64,000 nucleotides of DNA from a candidate division FCPU426 bacterium (GTDB taxonomy: Bacteria > Oederibacteriota > Muellerivitia > Muellerivitales > Muellerivitaceae). Below the pieces are notes generated by a model, which did no database searches, was not told where the DNA came from, and was given only the letters and a program-made list of their open reading frames with translations. The position numbers were made by a program, and so were the translations under genes. The DNA is taken from positions 32,001-96,000 of the forward strand of contig CAWKAR010000027.1 in assembly GCA_963847625.1 (NCBI GenBank). The letters run 5' to 3'. Numbering within the stretch: position 1 is the first letter of the stretch; every line of letters begins with the position of its first letter. Shown here in pieces: positions 38,301 through 47,700 of this stretch.

Positions 38301-40709
38301 GACCTCCATGGTGCGCTTATAACGGAATGGTCTTTACCCGGAACACCAGGAGGGATCGCTGTCTATTCGCCTAATCAATATGTCTATATTGTGGATCAAG
38401 ACCATCAGGAAGTTGATTGGTATGAATTTATCGGTGGCCAATTTGAACTACAAAATTATTGGAATGGAACAGACGGCTCGAATGGAAGTAATGGAAGCCA
38501 TGGACAACGATTTGTTAATCCTGAGGGGGTTGCTGCTAGTTATGATCCTAATGATTTAAGCCACAGTTATGTTTATGTATCAGACTGGGGGACTGGGTTG
38601 GTCCAGGCTTATAATGATTCTGGATCACTATGGGTTGGCAGTTGGGATGTAACTAAGGATCCCAATACTGGTACACCAACCGGTCTATTGGGAGCCAATT
38701 TCATTGGCCTATATAAGAATTGTTTGGCTTATGTCTCGGATGGTTATGGATCAGTAGGATTTTTCCAAATATCTTTTACAGGCAACTCCTTAAATCCCCC
38801 GTTAAATAAAGGAACAAATCAAGGCCCATTTTATGATACCGAAGGGATTGGTGTTGGGAACGGAACTTGGGCAGTGGCCGATATTCACAATGATATGACA
38901 GGACAAGTGGATGCTTTTGGCCCCTGTCCTAATGTCTGTTGGTCTCCAACAAACACGCCCACCAACACACCAACTTGGACAACTGCCTATACTCACACGC
39001 CGACCTATACGTTCACATATACCCAGACCTATACGTATACTTACACATATACCTATACCTGCCCACCTACTGCGCCCCCCAATATTGTTTGGAGCACTCC
39101 AACCCCTCAATGTTGTCAAATCGCGAGCGAATGGGTACCAACCCCGGTATTCAATACTGTTAATGGTGTGGCAGTAGACCGATGGAGGGGCCGCGTTTAT
39201 GTAGCAGATAAGAATGATGGTATCGTTCAGGCCATGAATTATACGGGAAAACCAGTCAATTCTTTTGGCGGGGTAGGGACGGCATTATTACCGAATGCTT
39301 GGGATGTTGCCATGGGGAACTGTGGGAATGACTTTGTTTATGCTGTGACGCGGGCAGGCACTGGGAGTTCGTTAAATAAATTTAATCCTGCTGGAACACC
39401 TGTCGCAACAGTTGGCATTGCAACCAACACCAGGGCCATAAATGTGGATATTAATGGAAACGCCTATGTTGCGGCAGATGATAGCGTTATAAGAATTTTC
39501 AACTCTAGCTTAACACCAGTAGCTACTCTTGGTCCTAACATGGGTTGCTTGGGGTCTTTATACTTACCTTCAGGTTTGATGAAGGTTGGGTCCAACTTAT
39601 ACGTTTCAGATACGAATAATAATCGAATTGTTGTGTTCCCGGAAACAACACCAAACACCAATATTTATGGTACGCCGACCCCGGTTGCGGCGGTTGGATA
39701 TCCTTATGAAATGACTACGGATTTGAACGGGAATATTTATTTGGTTTCTCAAGGTTTAGGTGGCTATGCAATATTTAACCCGTCGCTTACATCGAATATA
39801 ACGACCTGCGATAATGGATATACAGGGGGATCATGGGGGATTGCTGTTGATGAAAAAGGCGCGGTTTATTTGGGAGTCGCGGGATCAAGCAGTGTCGTAA
39901 AAATGCAGCCTTGTATTTCAAGCCAGTCTCCCGTGCCTTCTTGCACCCACATCCCAACCAGGACACCAACACCTATTAATACGCCAACTTGGACTTACAC
40001 ATATACGCCGAATAATACGAACACGCATTCGCCTACCCCTAATACGCCGACTAAGACACCGACACCCACATACACGTATACACCGAACAAGACGACTACC
40101 CATTCGCCTACCCCTAATACGCCGACTAAGACACCGACACCCACATACACGTATACACCGAACAAGACGACTACCCATTCGCCTACCCCTAATACGCCGA
40201 CTAAGACACCGACACCCACATACACGTATACACCGAACAAGACGACTACCCATTCGCCTACCCCTAATACGCCGACCCGGACGCCTACACCCACATTCAC
40301 GTTTACATATACGCCGACCAAGGGGACTACCCCTGGAATAGCGGCACAGGGGAATGAGAAAGAAATGATGTTGGTAAAGGGGTGCTCATCATCGACTCCA
40401 ACTCCCGCGATGGAAGGGATATTGGGAAAAGTCATAGCGGCACCGAGCATATCCAGGGGCGGGGAAGCGGTACAAATTCGGTTCATCCTGGGGCATGCGG
40501 CGAAGGTGACGCTAAAGATTTACACAGTAGCGGGAAGATTGGTTTACGAGAAACAAGCGCTAAGTTCTGTCGGTTCCAACAAACTGGCATGGCAAGTGGA
40601 AAATCAGCGGAACCAGATTGTGGCCAACGGACTTTATTTTTACATGTTGCAAGCTGAGGCGGAAAATAGCATCGTTCGCAAAACAGGCAAGATAATTGTT
40701 TTGCGTTGA
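32331..40709 (+). CDS. Giant (2792 aa) secreted multi-NHL-propeller protein with T9SS-like C-terminal domain
   Basis: Signal peptide ...GWA|Q; many NHL blades (P.G[IV]A.D..G..YVAD..N.R[IV]); Thr/Pro linkers; tail IYTVAGRLV...VANGLYFY...KTGKIIVLR. Confidence 0.88.
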   Translation: MNRNLDIDCSQYLIRGAVFMAALLFLLCSQPGKGWAQYLDVPALTPNPNYKFPPRGISGDLWADLVLGQTDIGNISPNQATSNTVWSAGGVVVDAPHNILYTFDGSNNRVLGVVNISEAHSNFGPSDPPCTATILIGQPDFTHTGCNWDANFQDYPNPTQPTSFCLCVMPQNDNSVAESFPTANLAVDSSGDLYVPDYSNNRVLRYDFNDLQPALTPGAVVTKPGASHVWGQGPVGNEFFTSLINLGGSAPTSYSLSFHGVAGYDYNVTTAGVAVDSQGNLWVADLGNNRVLRFPGSGSCCVAPSNGADLVLGQSNFNLNVQAGNVDDTLHMSRPVAVRVDSAGNVYVADNPPAPGEPNGAAGRILVYEATPAVTPAQYTYASSPSATLNAYFLAPKALEWDVQNGVTDGLWVSDYQEQQVVLLPVSTSNPSNFLPASKVLLRDVPWIATTTPTQPPSNFTCSGVSITYSYPVGNLQSSCSGVPYGVGVDQNGNVYVGFSQYSNTDVWRFPNATPIPNPTPGSSWSADLAVFKPAQYRMVNKMGLGNFTGESATYGIAVADHFTSSPQIIAADVNRLLFWNIPPGGVTDKTNLYNGKNADGVAGNLLGAETFKVGTKAFGRMRTDDAIVAAMTPTPNFTPIPHLWTCRVDNGTLEVYQLPLQPYATPIATIAPPIAVLGSSNLLTWDKLVGIAVDPQLNIWVSDNTNSRILHIRNPLTSNPVVDIILGQNSASATQINQGQGEYKASASSLFSAQEIAMDHHGDLFVCDFNQESSGNGRILRFDKATIQNNSNKNALFGIPASAVFGRNGNFSTGFGDCLPNPTGNTNMEVCHVGSLAFNQDDSLMVVGENGYSSNWFPVVFTNPTLPQTVLTSTGQDWPVTYLQDFYSGPTAITFDKDGNLFVGDYQRSRLLAYYHPFPSPTPTLTPTLGVNPMCTPTPNWVNNIKPYGIAANNSYIYEADQTSDCVNVFPQGSGTGSQICNNNLKKPFGVAADNNYVYVTDQTQNEVFVFPTPGGTPIASWGIIGSRPGEFNKPSGIAVTVNTSSVTQVYVADTGNHRIEIFSLDGQWHASTPIVWGTPGNIGHGTFNTPTGIALDSQGNIYVADSTTGLVQVFNPQRVFLFQWDATMGSTTPCAEFITIQGCLVFVSDGPGNGHGNVRVFQLNGSPVNSVSPVGIYPGGSDTEGLAIGPNSGTLYVADFSIGNISAYTKCSWPTCVPTVTPPMTWNPATAVPTYIPSNTPTNIITVSPTFTGTLSTNTPTPFETLTPTNTFTYFPTNTPINTPSPTPVLCSVSIFPSSLTPYPVTQPYGLASDGTNIYVADQFANQIIELGSSGSFINEFGYDGTTNYLTEPLGVAADGNGVYVTDETQNELFIFNTHGSAPNVTYGSEGGGLGQFESPAGIAVTTANGSTTIFVADQYNMRVQEFTWAGGSSVPTPVAQWGSEGIMGNGTFVAPTGIAIDNYFGTGYVFVSDWETGLVQVFNPLNPPQNQFMWQWDATLNTPLLGAEFIVQNGCLFYVSDGFGNIGVFDLYGNYQDAISVPGGFYNVEGLAAEGGSLFAADYGLGQIDQIQSCSIPTCVPTSYLSRTPTFTPIWTPTNTPTPNLTSVCCQVATDWLPTPTFSTVMGVAVDRWRGRVYVADNNDGILQAMDYWGNPISGFAGLENGKLPLNSAWDVAMGNCGNDYVYVVTRGASAGDSLNKLNPSGTPVATAVLGSTGPRALNVDNNGNAYIATDQNNIQIFNSNLTPVATIGPNMGSLGSLSAPSGLVKLGPNLYVSDTMNNRVVLFPETTPNTNIYGTPTPIATIGYPCGLTADLNGNFYVTTDQQGVNGYDIYDSGFNFKSACANSQIVWPFGIGVDENGAAYVGAGVNGVVKMKPCYIQSPVPTCTTIPTRTYTSTPTPTNILYPCAVSFTFPAGYPEGVAMDNAGSIYVADEDAGVVDVYNPNWSSTMQIGAGYLTQPFGVALDGAGNIYVTDVAQKMAYEFDLHGALITEWSLPGTPGGIAVYSPNQYVYIVDQDHQEVDWYEFIGGQFELQNYWNGTDGSNGSNGSHGQRFVNPEGVAASYDPNDLSHSYVYVSDWGTGLVQAYNDSGSLWVGSWDVTKDPNTGTPTGLLGANFIGLYKNCLAYVSDGYGSVGFFQISFTGNSLNPPLNKGTNQGPFYDTEGIGVGNGTWAVADIHNDMTGQVDAFGPCPNVCWSPTNTPTNTPTWTTAYTHTPTYTFTYTQTYTYTYTYTYTCPPTAPPNIVWSTPTPQCCQIASEWVPTPVFNTVNGVAVDRWRGRVYVADKNDGIVQAMNYTGKPVNSFGGVGTALLPNAWDVAMGNCGNDFVYAVTRAGTGSSLNKFNPAGTPVATVGIATNTRAINVDINGNAYVAADDSVIRIFNSSLTPVATLGPNMGCLGSLYLPSGLMKVGSNLYVSDTNNNRIVVFPETTPNTNIYGTPTPVAAVGYPYEMTTDLNGNIYLVSQGLGGYAIFNPSLTSNITTCDNGYTGGSWGIAVDEKGAVYLGVAGSSSVVKMQPCISSQSPVPSCTHIPTRTPTPINTPTWTYTYTPNNTNTHSPTPNTPTKTPTPTYTYTPNKTTTHSPTPNTPTKTPTPTYTYTPNKTTTHSPTPNTPTKTPTPTYTYTPNKTTTHSPTPNTPTRTPTPTFTFTYTPTKGTTPGIAAQGNEKEMMLVKGCSSSTPTPAMEGILGKVIAAPSISRGGEAVQIRFILGHAAKVTLKIYTVAGRLVYEKQALSSVGSNKLAWQVENQRNQIVANGLYFYMLQAEAENSIVRKTGKIIVLR
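39993..40292 (+). repeat. 4 x 75-bp coding tandem repeat (TYTYTPNKTTTHSPTPNTPTKTPTP)
   Basis: CATTCGCCTACC recurs at 40026, 40101, 40176 and 40251. Confidence 0.9.
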
Positions 40710-40737
40710 AAAAAAATATAAAACGAAGGAGAAAAAG

Positions 40738-41124
40738 ATGAAACTTATTACAACTTTTACACTGGCGGCGACAATGATAGTGGGCGTGGCATTCGCTCAA
40801 AGCAAGCCGGTACCAACCCATGTTCCGGCGGGGGCTGGGGCGAAAGCCTCGAACCTGCGCACGGTCAACCCGCAGGGAGCCAACCTGCAAGCGCCCAACA
40901 TGCATGCCATCGGCTTGCGAATGAGGGACCAGAAGCGTCAGCTCGCGAAGGCCATGAGGTCGGGCAAGTTGAGCAAAGAACAGGCCAAGGCGGTTTTCCA
41001 GAAATTGAAGGAAGCCCGCAAGAAGGAACTGGATTTTTTCCACCAAAACAATTCCAAAGAAATCTCGGCTGACCAAAAAGCCCAGTTGGACAAAATGCTG
41101 GACGAGAACGCTAGTTCTCTTTAG
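40738..41124 (+). CDS. Small periplasmic helical protein (Spy/CpxP-like)
   Basis: AAGGAG followed by ATG; signal peptide ...AFA|Q; LSKEQ and ISADQKAQL resemble LTxxQ motifs (inference). Confidence 0.6.
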   Translation: MKLITTFTLAATMIVGVAFAQSKPVPTHVPAGAGAKASNLRTVNPQGANLQAPNMHAIGLRMRDQKRQLAKAMRSGKLSKEQAKAVFQKLKEARKKELDFFHQNNSKEISADQKAQLDKMLDENASSL

Positions 41125-41272
41125 CCAATAGGGGGTTTCATCCGGTAAATTGCGAACCCTTTGGGTAGATACAAGTAAGCCAAGGGCCGTAATGCCGTGA
41201 TATGGTTGAAAATTCGCTGATTTTAAAGGTTTTTCCCCACTTTTCAGGGCTGGAAAAATTCCTAATTATTCC

Positions 41273-41303
41273 TGCAATAAATATCACTATTTGCCGTCTA
41301 TAG
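41273..41303 (+). promoter_or_regulatory. Putative ECF-sigma promoter of a gene remnant
   Basis: TGCAATAAAT...TTTGCCGTCTATAG, homologous to 27571..27600. Confidence 0.45.
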
Positions 41304-41350
41304 TATTGAATGTGAATGTTTATTAAGAAATTATCTTTTGCAGGGAACAG

Positions 41351-41536
41351 ATGAAATATTTTCCTGGGACTGGATTAAAAAAATTCCCTCTGAGGTGGTT
41401 TTTTCCCACCGGTTCCCGGAATAAAAGCGCGCATTCCTGGGCGGCCATCTTTGCCGCCCTTTTCTTTTTGCCCACCCTTGCAAACGCACAGCCGGTGCGC
41501 GGTTGTAAGGTTTTTAAAGTCATCGTGATACGATAA
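41351..41536 (+). pseudogene. Truncated paralog of the 27643 gene (signal peptide only)
   Basis: PTGS....SWAAIFA..FF.P...NAQ matches the N-terminus of the 27643 protein, and the upstream DNA is also homologous; the ORF stops shortly after the cleavage site. Confidence 0.7.
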
Positions 41537-41675
41537 GTCCAATTATTTCTTGCGAAAAATTGAGATCAGCCATGATTTATAGCGGCGGAAGACTTCTAGG
41601 TATATATATAATTAACCTTTCTGGGGAGAGACGGTTTGGAAACTGTTTCATATTTCCTTTGAAAGGATGTGGATT

Positions 41676-43703
41676 ATGAGGAAATTTATTTTTCTATGGG
41701 TGTTCTTCTGTTTTATGGGCTTTGCTTACGCGCAAAAAGCCCAGCCTCTTTCGCCCACCCCCAATTCTGCCCCGGCTATTCCCGAGGTTTCACCCACGCC
41801 GCCTCCCTCCACACCCATCAACCAGGCGCCCATCACATTGGGGGAGGTCGAAGTCTATGGCCAACGGGTTGGGATTGCAGATAAGGAAATATCTTCTGAG
41901 AACATCCAAAACATCCTGGACACCGGCAACCTTGGAACGGCACTTGACGAACTATCCGGCTTGGAAACCCAGGGAGAGGGCGTGGGCAAGACATGGAATA
42001 CTTTGGCCATCAGGGGCCAATCCTTCCGCGAGACAGTGATCCTGGTGAATGGCGCGCGTGTCCCGGAAAGCTTCAACCTGGGCACCCTTTCCACCGATGA
42101 CGTCCAAAAGATGGAAGTCATCGAGGGGCCCCAGGCCCTGGCTTACGGTTCGGACGCGATAGGCGGGGTCCTTAACATTACCACCCGGACGGAAGGGGAC
42201 GATGATTTCCACCTCCAGGCGAGCGGGGGGGACTTCAACACCTACCAGTTCCGGGGATCCCTGCCGACCTTCAGGCTCGGCGCGGTTAAAAACAGCCTGA
42301 GCGGGAGCTGGTATACCAGCGACGGTTACCTTCCCCAAGACACGTGGGTCAATCCAGCGAATGGGGTCACTTACAACTTCACCAACGAACAGCACTGGGA
42401 CATCAACCACGCCGCCTCCCTGGACCTGGACAACGGCAAGCTAACCCTTGCCAGCGGCTTTTTCCGGCACATCGGCAACGCGCCGGACGCCGACAACCCG
42501 GTCGCGGCAGGAACGGACCAGTACGATATGGACGGATATCAGGATTCCTGGGGCGTCCAATCGGTCTTGAAGAGCGAGCACTCCCTGGGCGACTGGCGGA
42601 TGGAGCCACTGTTTTACGGTAATTACTCGGATGTGCTCCGGTCCAATCCCATCGGCCACGATCCCACCTCGGGCCAGTACGATCCCTTCCATAACCAATA
42701 CCTGAACTATGGGGCGCAGGTTTATTTCCGGGGAACCTCGCTGAACCATTGGGCCGAACCCTTTATCGGCTTTGAGGCGAGGGAGGAGTGTCTTTGGAGC
42801 GGCCTGTACGGGGTTTTCTATCGCAACGAGGATTCGTTGGCGGCGGGCGGAACCTTGAAATTCGACGAGTCCCTGCACCTCAATCTGGCGAACCACCTGG
42901 ACTATTATTCCTATTACAATCTTGTGGACAATCCCACCGGCACCCTAGTCTGGGACGCCGATAAAAACAGTCAGGTTCATTTAACCGTGGGGAAGGGTTA
43001 TCAAGTTCCCACTTACGACGAGCTTTACCTGCCTTATACGGATTTCAGCACTCTTCCGCCCGCCCACTTGCAGCAGATCTATGGTTCCAAGTTCACGATC
43101 TACGCGGGGGACAAAGGAAATCCCAATTTGAAACCCGAAGAATGCCTGAACAGCGAACTGGGAACCGACTTGAAATCCGGGCCTTTCTTATTCCAATTGG
43201 CGGGTTTTTTCAACTATTACTGGAGCCTGATCAATCCCGAGGTGGATCCCAAGGATAATTATTGGACTTATTTCAATCTTGACGGGGCCTTTTTCGCAGG
43301 GGCTGAGGGAATGCTGAGGTGCCGTTTCAGCAACCAAGCGTCCGCCTATACATCCGGCACTTACGTCCGCTCTGTAGACAATAACGGCAACGACATCCAG
43401 GGCAGGTTGAGGGCTAAGGTTGTCATGGGCCTGGAACTCAAGCCGGAAAGCCAATGGTCATTGGATATGAACGCCCGTTACGTGGACCGCAACCAGGTCT
43501 CGACTGTGTACTTGACGGATTTCGGCATCCAACCGCCACCCACCGGTTACTGGGACCTGAACGCAAAGGCCCAATACACCGTTTCTACGCACCTCAAAGG
43601 TTTCCTGGAGGTGGAAAATATCCTCAATAGCCAGATGGCGACCTTCCAGGGAATCCTTCTTCCCGGCAGGTATTTCCAAAGCGGACTCCAAGCCGAGTTT
43701 TAA
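41676..43703 (+). CDS. TonB-dependent receptor (BtuB-like)
   Basis: TonB box-like EVEVYG; plug motifs IRG..ILVNG and EVIEGPQALAYGSDAIGGVLNI; GNPNLKPE; C-terminal PGRYFQSGLQAEF. Confidence 0.9.
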   Translation: MRKFIFLWVFFCFMGFAYAQKAQPLSPTPNSAPAIPEVSPTPPPSTPINQAPITLGEVEVYGQRVGIADKEISSENIQNILDTGNLGTALDELSGLETQGEGVGKTWNTLAIRGQSFRETVILVNGARVPESFNLGTLSTDDVQKMEVIEGPQALAYGSDAIGGVLNITTRTEGDDDFHLQASGGDFNTYQFRGSLPTFRLGAVKNSLSGSWYTSDGYLPQDTWVNPANGVTYNFTNEQHWDINHAASLDLDNGKLTLASGFFRHIGNAPDADNPVAAGTDQYDMDGYQDSWGVQSVLKSEHSLGDWRMEPLFYGNYSDVLRSNPIGHDPTSGQYDPFHNQYLNYGAQVYFRGTSLNHWAEPFIGFEAREECLWSGLYGVFYRNEDSLAAGGTLKFDESLHLNLANHLDYYSYYNLVDNPTGTLVWDADKNSQVHLTVGKGYQVPTYDELYLPYTDFSTLPPAHLQQIYGSKFTIYAGDKGNPNLKPEECLNSELGTDLKSGPFLFQLAGFFNYYWSLINPEVDPKDNYWTYFNLDGAFFAGAEGMLRCRFSNQASAYTSGTYVRSVDNNGNDIQGRLRAKVVMGLELKPESQWSLDMNARYVDRNQVSTVYLTDFGIQPPPTGYWDLNAKAQYTVSTHLKGFLEVENILNSQMATFQGILLPGRYFQSGLQAEF

Positions 43704-43788
43704 AAGGGAAGGGGAGCGAAGGGAAAGAACCCATCGGTTTCACCAGGTACCTGAAAGGAATCCGGCTGTGGGGCTCAGCCGATGATCT

Positions 43789-44496
43789 TTACCACTTGAG
43801 AGGGTTCCCGTCGTTATAAAGGAAAAGCGATGTTTGGGCCATGGTCAGGCCCTTGACCATTTTCACGATGGCGGAGGCGGATTCCTCCGGAGCGAGTGAC
43901 GCGTTGGGGCCGCCCATATCCGTTCGGACCCTGCCCGGGTCCATGCAAACGACGATGATGTTTTCTCCCTTGAACTCGAAGGCCATGGTACGCGTGACCA
44001 TGTTCAAGGCGGCCTTTGAAACTCCGTAAGCATAAAAATGCCCCTCATTCTTGCCAGCCAAAGACGCCAGACCCGAAGTCGAGTTCACGACACGGGGTTT
44101 TGCCGATTTGCGAAGAAGGGGAAGAAAGGCCCGGGTGACCCTCATGGGGCCCAGCACGTTCACCTCGAAGGCCTCCCGGCATTTTTGTAATTCCACTTTT
44201 TCCAAACTCGAGTCAAAGGGGGGTGGGGAAATGCCGGCGTTGTTGAATAGAATATCCAGGTGCTGAACCTTTTGGGCCGCTTCCTTGGAGGCGGCCTCCA
44301 CTTGCTGGTCCGAATCCACCCCCATGGCCAGGATTTCAAGTTTACCCGGGTTTAATTTTTTCAAGGTCTGGAGTTCTGAAGCCTGTTGGGGCTGGCGGCA
44401 GGCCGCGAAAACCTGGTCCCCCTGACTTAGCAGTACTTTTGTGATCGCCAAGCCAATACCCCGGTTGGCTCCTGTGACGAGAATGTTTTCCGGCAT
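43789..44496 (-). CDS. Short-chain dehydrogenase/reductase (CsgA/C-factor-like)
   Basis: TGANRGIG, NNAG, YGVSKAALN (YxxxK) and PGRVRTDMGG motifs. Confidence 0.9.
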   Translation of the reverse strand: MPENILVTGANRGIGLAITKVLLSQGDQVFAACRQPQQASELQTLKKLNPGKLEILAMGVDSDQQVEAASKEAAQKVQHLDILFNNAGISPPPFDSSLEKVELQKCREAFEVNVLGPMRVTRAFLPLLRKSAKPRVVNSTSGLASLAGKNEGHFYAYGVSKAALNMVTRTMAFEFKGENIIVVCMDPGRVRTDMGGPNASLAPEESASAIVKMVKGLTMAQTSLFLYNDGNPLKW

Positions 44497-44552
44497 GTGA
44501 ACTCCTGTTCGTTTTTTCAATTTTAACTTCGGGTTTTTATGAAGCAATCAAA

Positions 44553-44602
44553 TGGTAACGTTTCCAGCTTGTTTGTGGAAACAAAAACTTGAACCGGTTT
44601 CA
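44553..44602. promoter_or_regulatory. Two LacI/cre-like operator palindromes
   Basis: TGGTAACGTTTCCA (44553-44566) and TTGAACCGGTTTCA (44589-44602) between the SDR and GH8 genes. Confidence 0.45.
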
Positions 44603-44779
44603 TAACGGGTTGTTTCGCTAAAACGAAACGATCCCAGGATGTTTCCGAAGGGATTTTTAAATGCCGAACAAGTATTTCCCCGAAAGTAAGAAGTAAGTTG
44701 GGAACTGTAGTATATTTTATTGTTAAAGCTAATATTCCTTTCCTTTTCTGATGGATTCCATCCATATAAAGGTGCCGCT

Positions 44780-47700
44780 TTGCGGGTAAAAATCCAATAT
44801 TTTTTGCAGCTCATGCTGTTAATTCCGGTCTGGGGTTTCATCAGCCCGGCCCAGGGTCAAAGCATCAACGGCACGACCGGGAAATATCCCTTTCCCCAAA
44901 ACCGCGCCAACCCTTACGGCATCCGCGCCACCAATTACGTCAACCAGGACGTCATTGACGCCTACAACAAATGGTACGCGGACTGCGTTACCTCCTCGGG
45001 CGCCGGTGGCTACTTGAGGGTCCAACGGCCCAATGAACCGGGACTTATTGTGGATTCTACCGTTTCCGAAGGCATCGGCTACGGAATGATCATCGCCGTT
45101 TACATGAACGACGAGAACCTCTTCGACAACCTGTGGAAATACGAGCAGATCCACTTGGACGGCAACGGCGTCATGAATTGGTACATCAACACGACCGGAG
45201 GAAACGCGGGGACCGGCGGTGCCACGGACGCGGACGAGGACATGGCCTGGGGCTTACTCATGGCCTCGCGCCAGTGGGGGGGAAGCGGAACCCTGAGCGC
45301 CACCTACCTGAGCTACGCTGTCTCCCAGATCAACATCATTTACAACACCGAAGTCTCCGGGGGAAACCTGATCGCGGGGGACGGTTACGTCGCTTACAAT
45401 CCCTCCTATTTCGACCCGGCCTACTACCGGGAATTCGCCACCGCCACGAGCAACAGCAATTGGCCGAACGTGTCCACCAGCTGCTATACCATCCTCAACG
45501 ACAACCTTTCCCAGGGCTATGGAAACGCCAACAACGGCCTGGATTCGGCCTGGTGCAACAGCTCGGGGGTCTCCGTGAACCAGAATGGCGTGGCTTTCTT
45601 CGACTACCAGTATGACGCCTGCCGGACGCCCTTCAGGATCGGCGAAGACTATGTGTGGTTCGGGAACTCGCAGGCCCAGACGTACCTTTCAAAGACCAGC
45701 GCTTTTTTCTCGGCTATCGGCGCAGTTTCCATCGTGGACGGCTACCATTTGAACGGTACGACCGACGCCCAATTGCCCACCCTGCAGGTCAGCGTGAACC
45801 CGGGGTTCCAATCTGCGGCTTTCGTGGGGCCTGCCGGATGCGGGGCCATGAGCAGCGCGACCTACCAGACATACGTGAACAACACTTACACCGACCTGGT
45901 CGGGTCGAAACTCCTGGTCGGGGGTACCTATTACGACGAGTGTTGGACCGTGATGTCGTTGCTCATGCTCTCTGGCAATTTCCTGGACTATAACCTTTAT
46001 GTCACTCCGACCGTCACCCCCACAGTGGGAAGCCCCACCTCGACCCCCACACGCACGCCCACCATCACGCCGACCGCGACTATCACTCCGACGCCGACCT
46101 CGACTTCCACCATCACCCGAACCAGCACACCCACCCCGACAGCGACCCGGACGAACACGCCGACTAATACAGTTACGACTACACCCACAAATACGGCAAC
46201 AGCCACGCCAACCCCGACCAGGACAAATTCGCCTACTAATACAGTCACTCCTACGTCGACAAACACATCCGTGAATACGGCCACGAATACGGCGACTTCC
46301 ACTCCTACCGCAACCCGGACGAACACGCCGACTAATACGCTATCCAGCACACCTACCCCAACTTTGACCCGAACGAATACGCCGACTTATTCAGTAACCA
46401 ACACACCTACGAATACTGCGACCGGAACATCTATCCCAACCCGGACGAACACGCCCACGAATACCTTGACGAATACAGCGACATTCACACCAACTCTAAC
46501 CAGGACAAATTCGCCAACCAATACGATCACGCCTTCACCTACCGACACTACTTTTCCTTTGTTTACTTCGACTTCAACCAACACTAGGACGAATACGGCG
46601 ACTTTTACGCCAACTATCACTTCCACGAACACTCTAACCAGCACTCCTACCCTAACTTTAACCCGGACGAATTCACCCACTAGTACACTCACACCTACAC
46701 CCACGAATACCCCAACCAACACGCCCACGAGTACGGCGACAGCCAGTTCAACTCCTACCAGGACGAACACCCAAACGAATATACCGACTTCCACGCCCAC
46801 GAACACTTCCACCTATACAAGGACAAACACACCAACTTCTACTCCCACCGCAACGGCCACCCATACGCCGACGGTGACGTCCACGGTCACCAATACCAGC
46901 ACGGGAACCACATCACCCACACCGACTTTCACGAACACCCCAACTCGTACGCTAACTCCAACATTGACGAATACGGTAACCTCTACGCCATCGCCGCCGG
47001 TGACGAACACGTCCACCAGCACGCCCACAGCGACACCGACTAGGACATTGACCCCTACATCCACGAATACCTCATCGAATACGGCCACAGCCACACCGGC
47101 CAACACTTTAACCAGCACGAGGACAAACACACCAACTTCTACTCCCACCGCAACGGCCACCCATACGCCGACGGTGACGTCCACGGTCACCAATACCAGC
47201 ACGGGAACCACATCACCCACACCGACTTTCACGAACACCCCAACTCGTACGCTAACTCCAACATTGACGAATACGGTAACCTCTACGCCATCGCCGCCGG
47301 TGACGAACACGTCCACCAGCACGCCCACAGCGACACCGACTAGGACATTGACCCCTACATCCACGAATACCTCATCGAATACGGCCACAGCCACACCGAC
47401 CAACACTTTAACCAGCACGAGGACAAACACACCAACTTCTACTCCCACCGCAACGGCCACCCATACGCCGACGGTGACGTCCACGGTCACCAATACCAGC
47501 ACGGGGACTACATCGCCCACACAGACTTACACGAATACCCTAACCCGTACGCAAACTTCAACACCCGCGAATACGGCAACCTCTACTCCGACACCGACGG
47601 TGACGAACACGTTCACCAACACTCCTACGCCTACATTGACACCGTTACCTACAGCTACAAACACCCCTACGATGACCCCGACTTCGACATCAACCAACAC

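Noticed and set aside
41540..41675. Cobalamin riboswitch upstream of the BtuB-like receptor
   Set aside because: No B12-box or GCCCCCGC/GCCACTG cores are seen, and the region is short, so the substrate is left unassigned.
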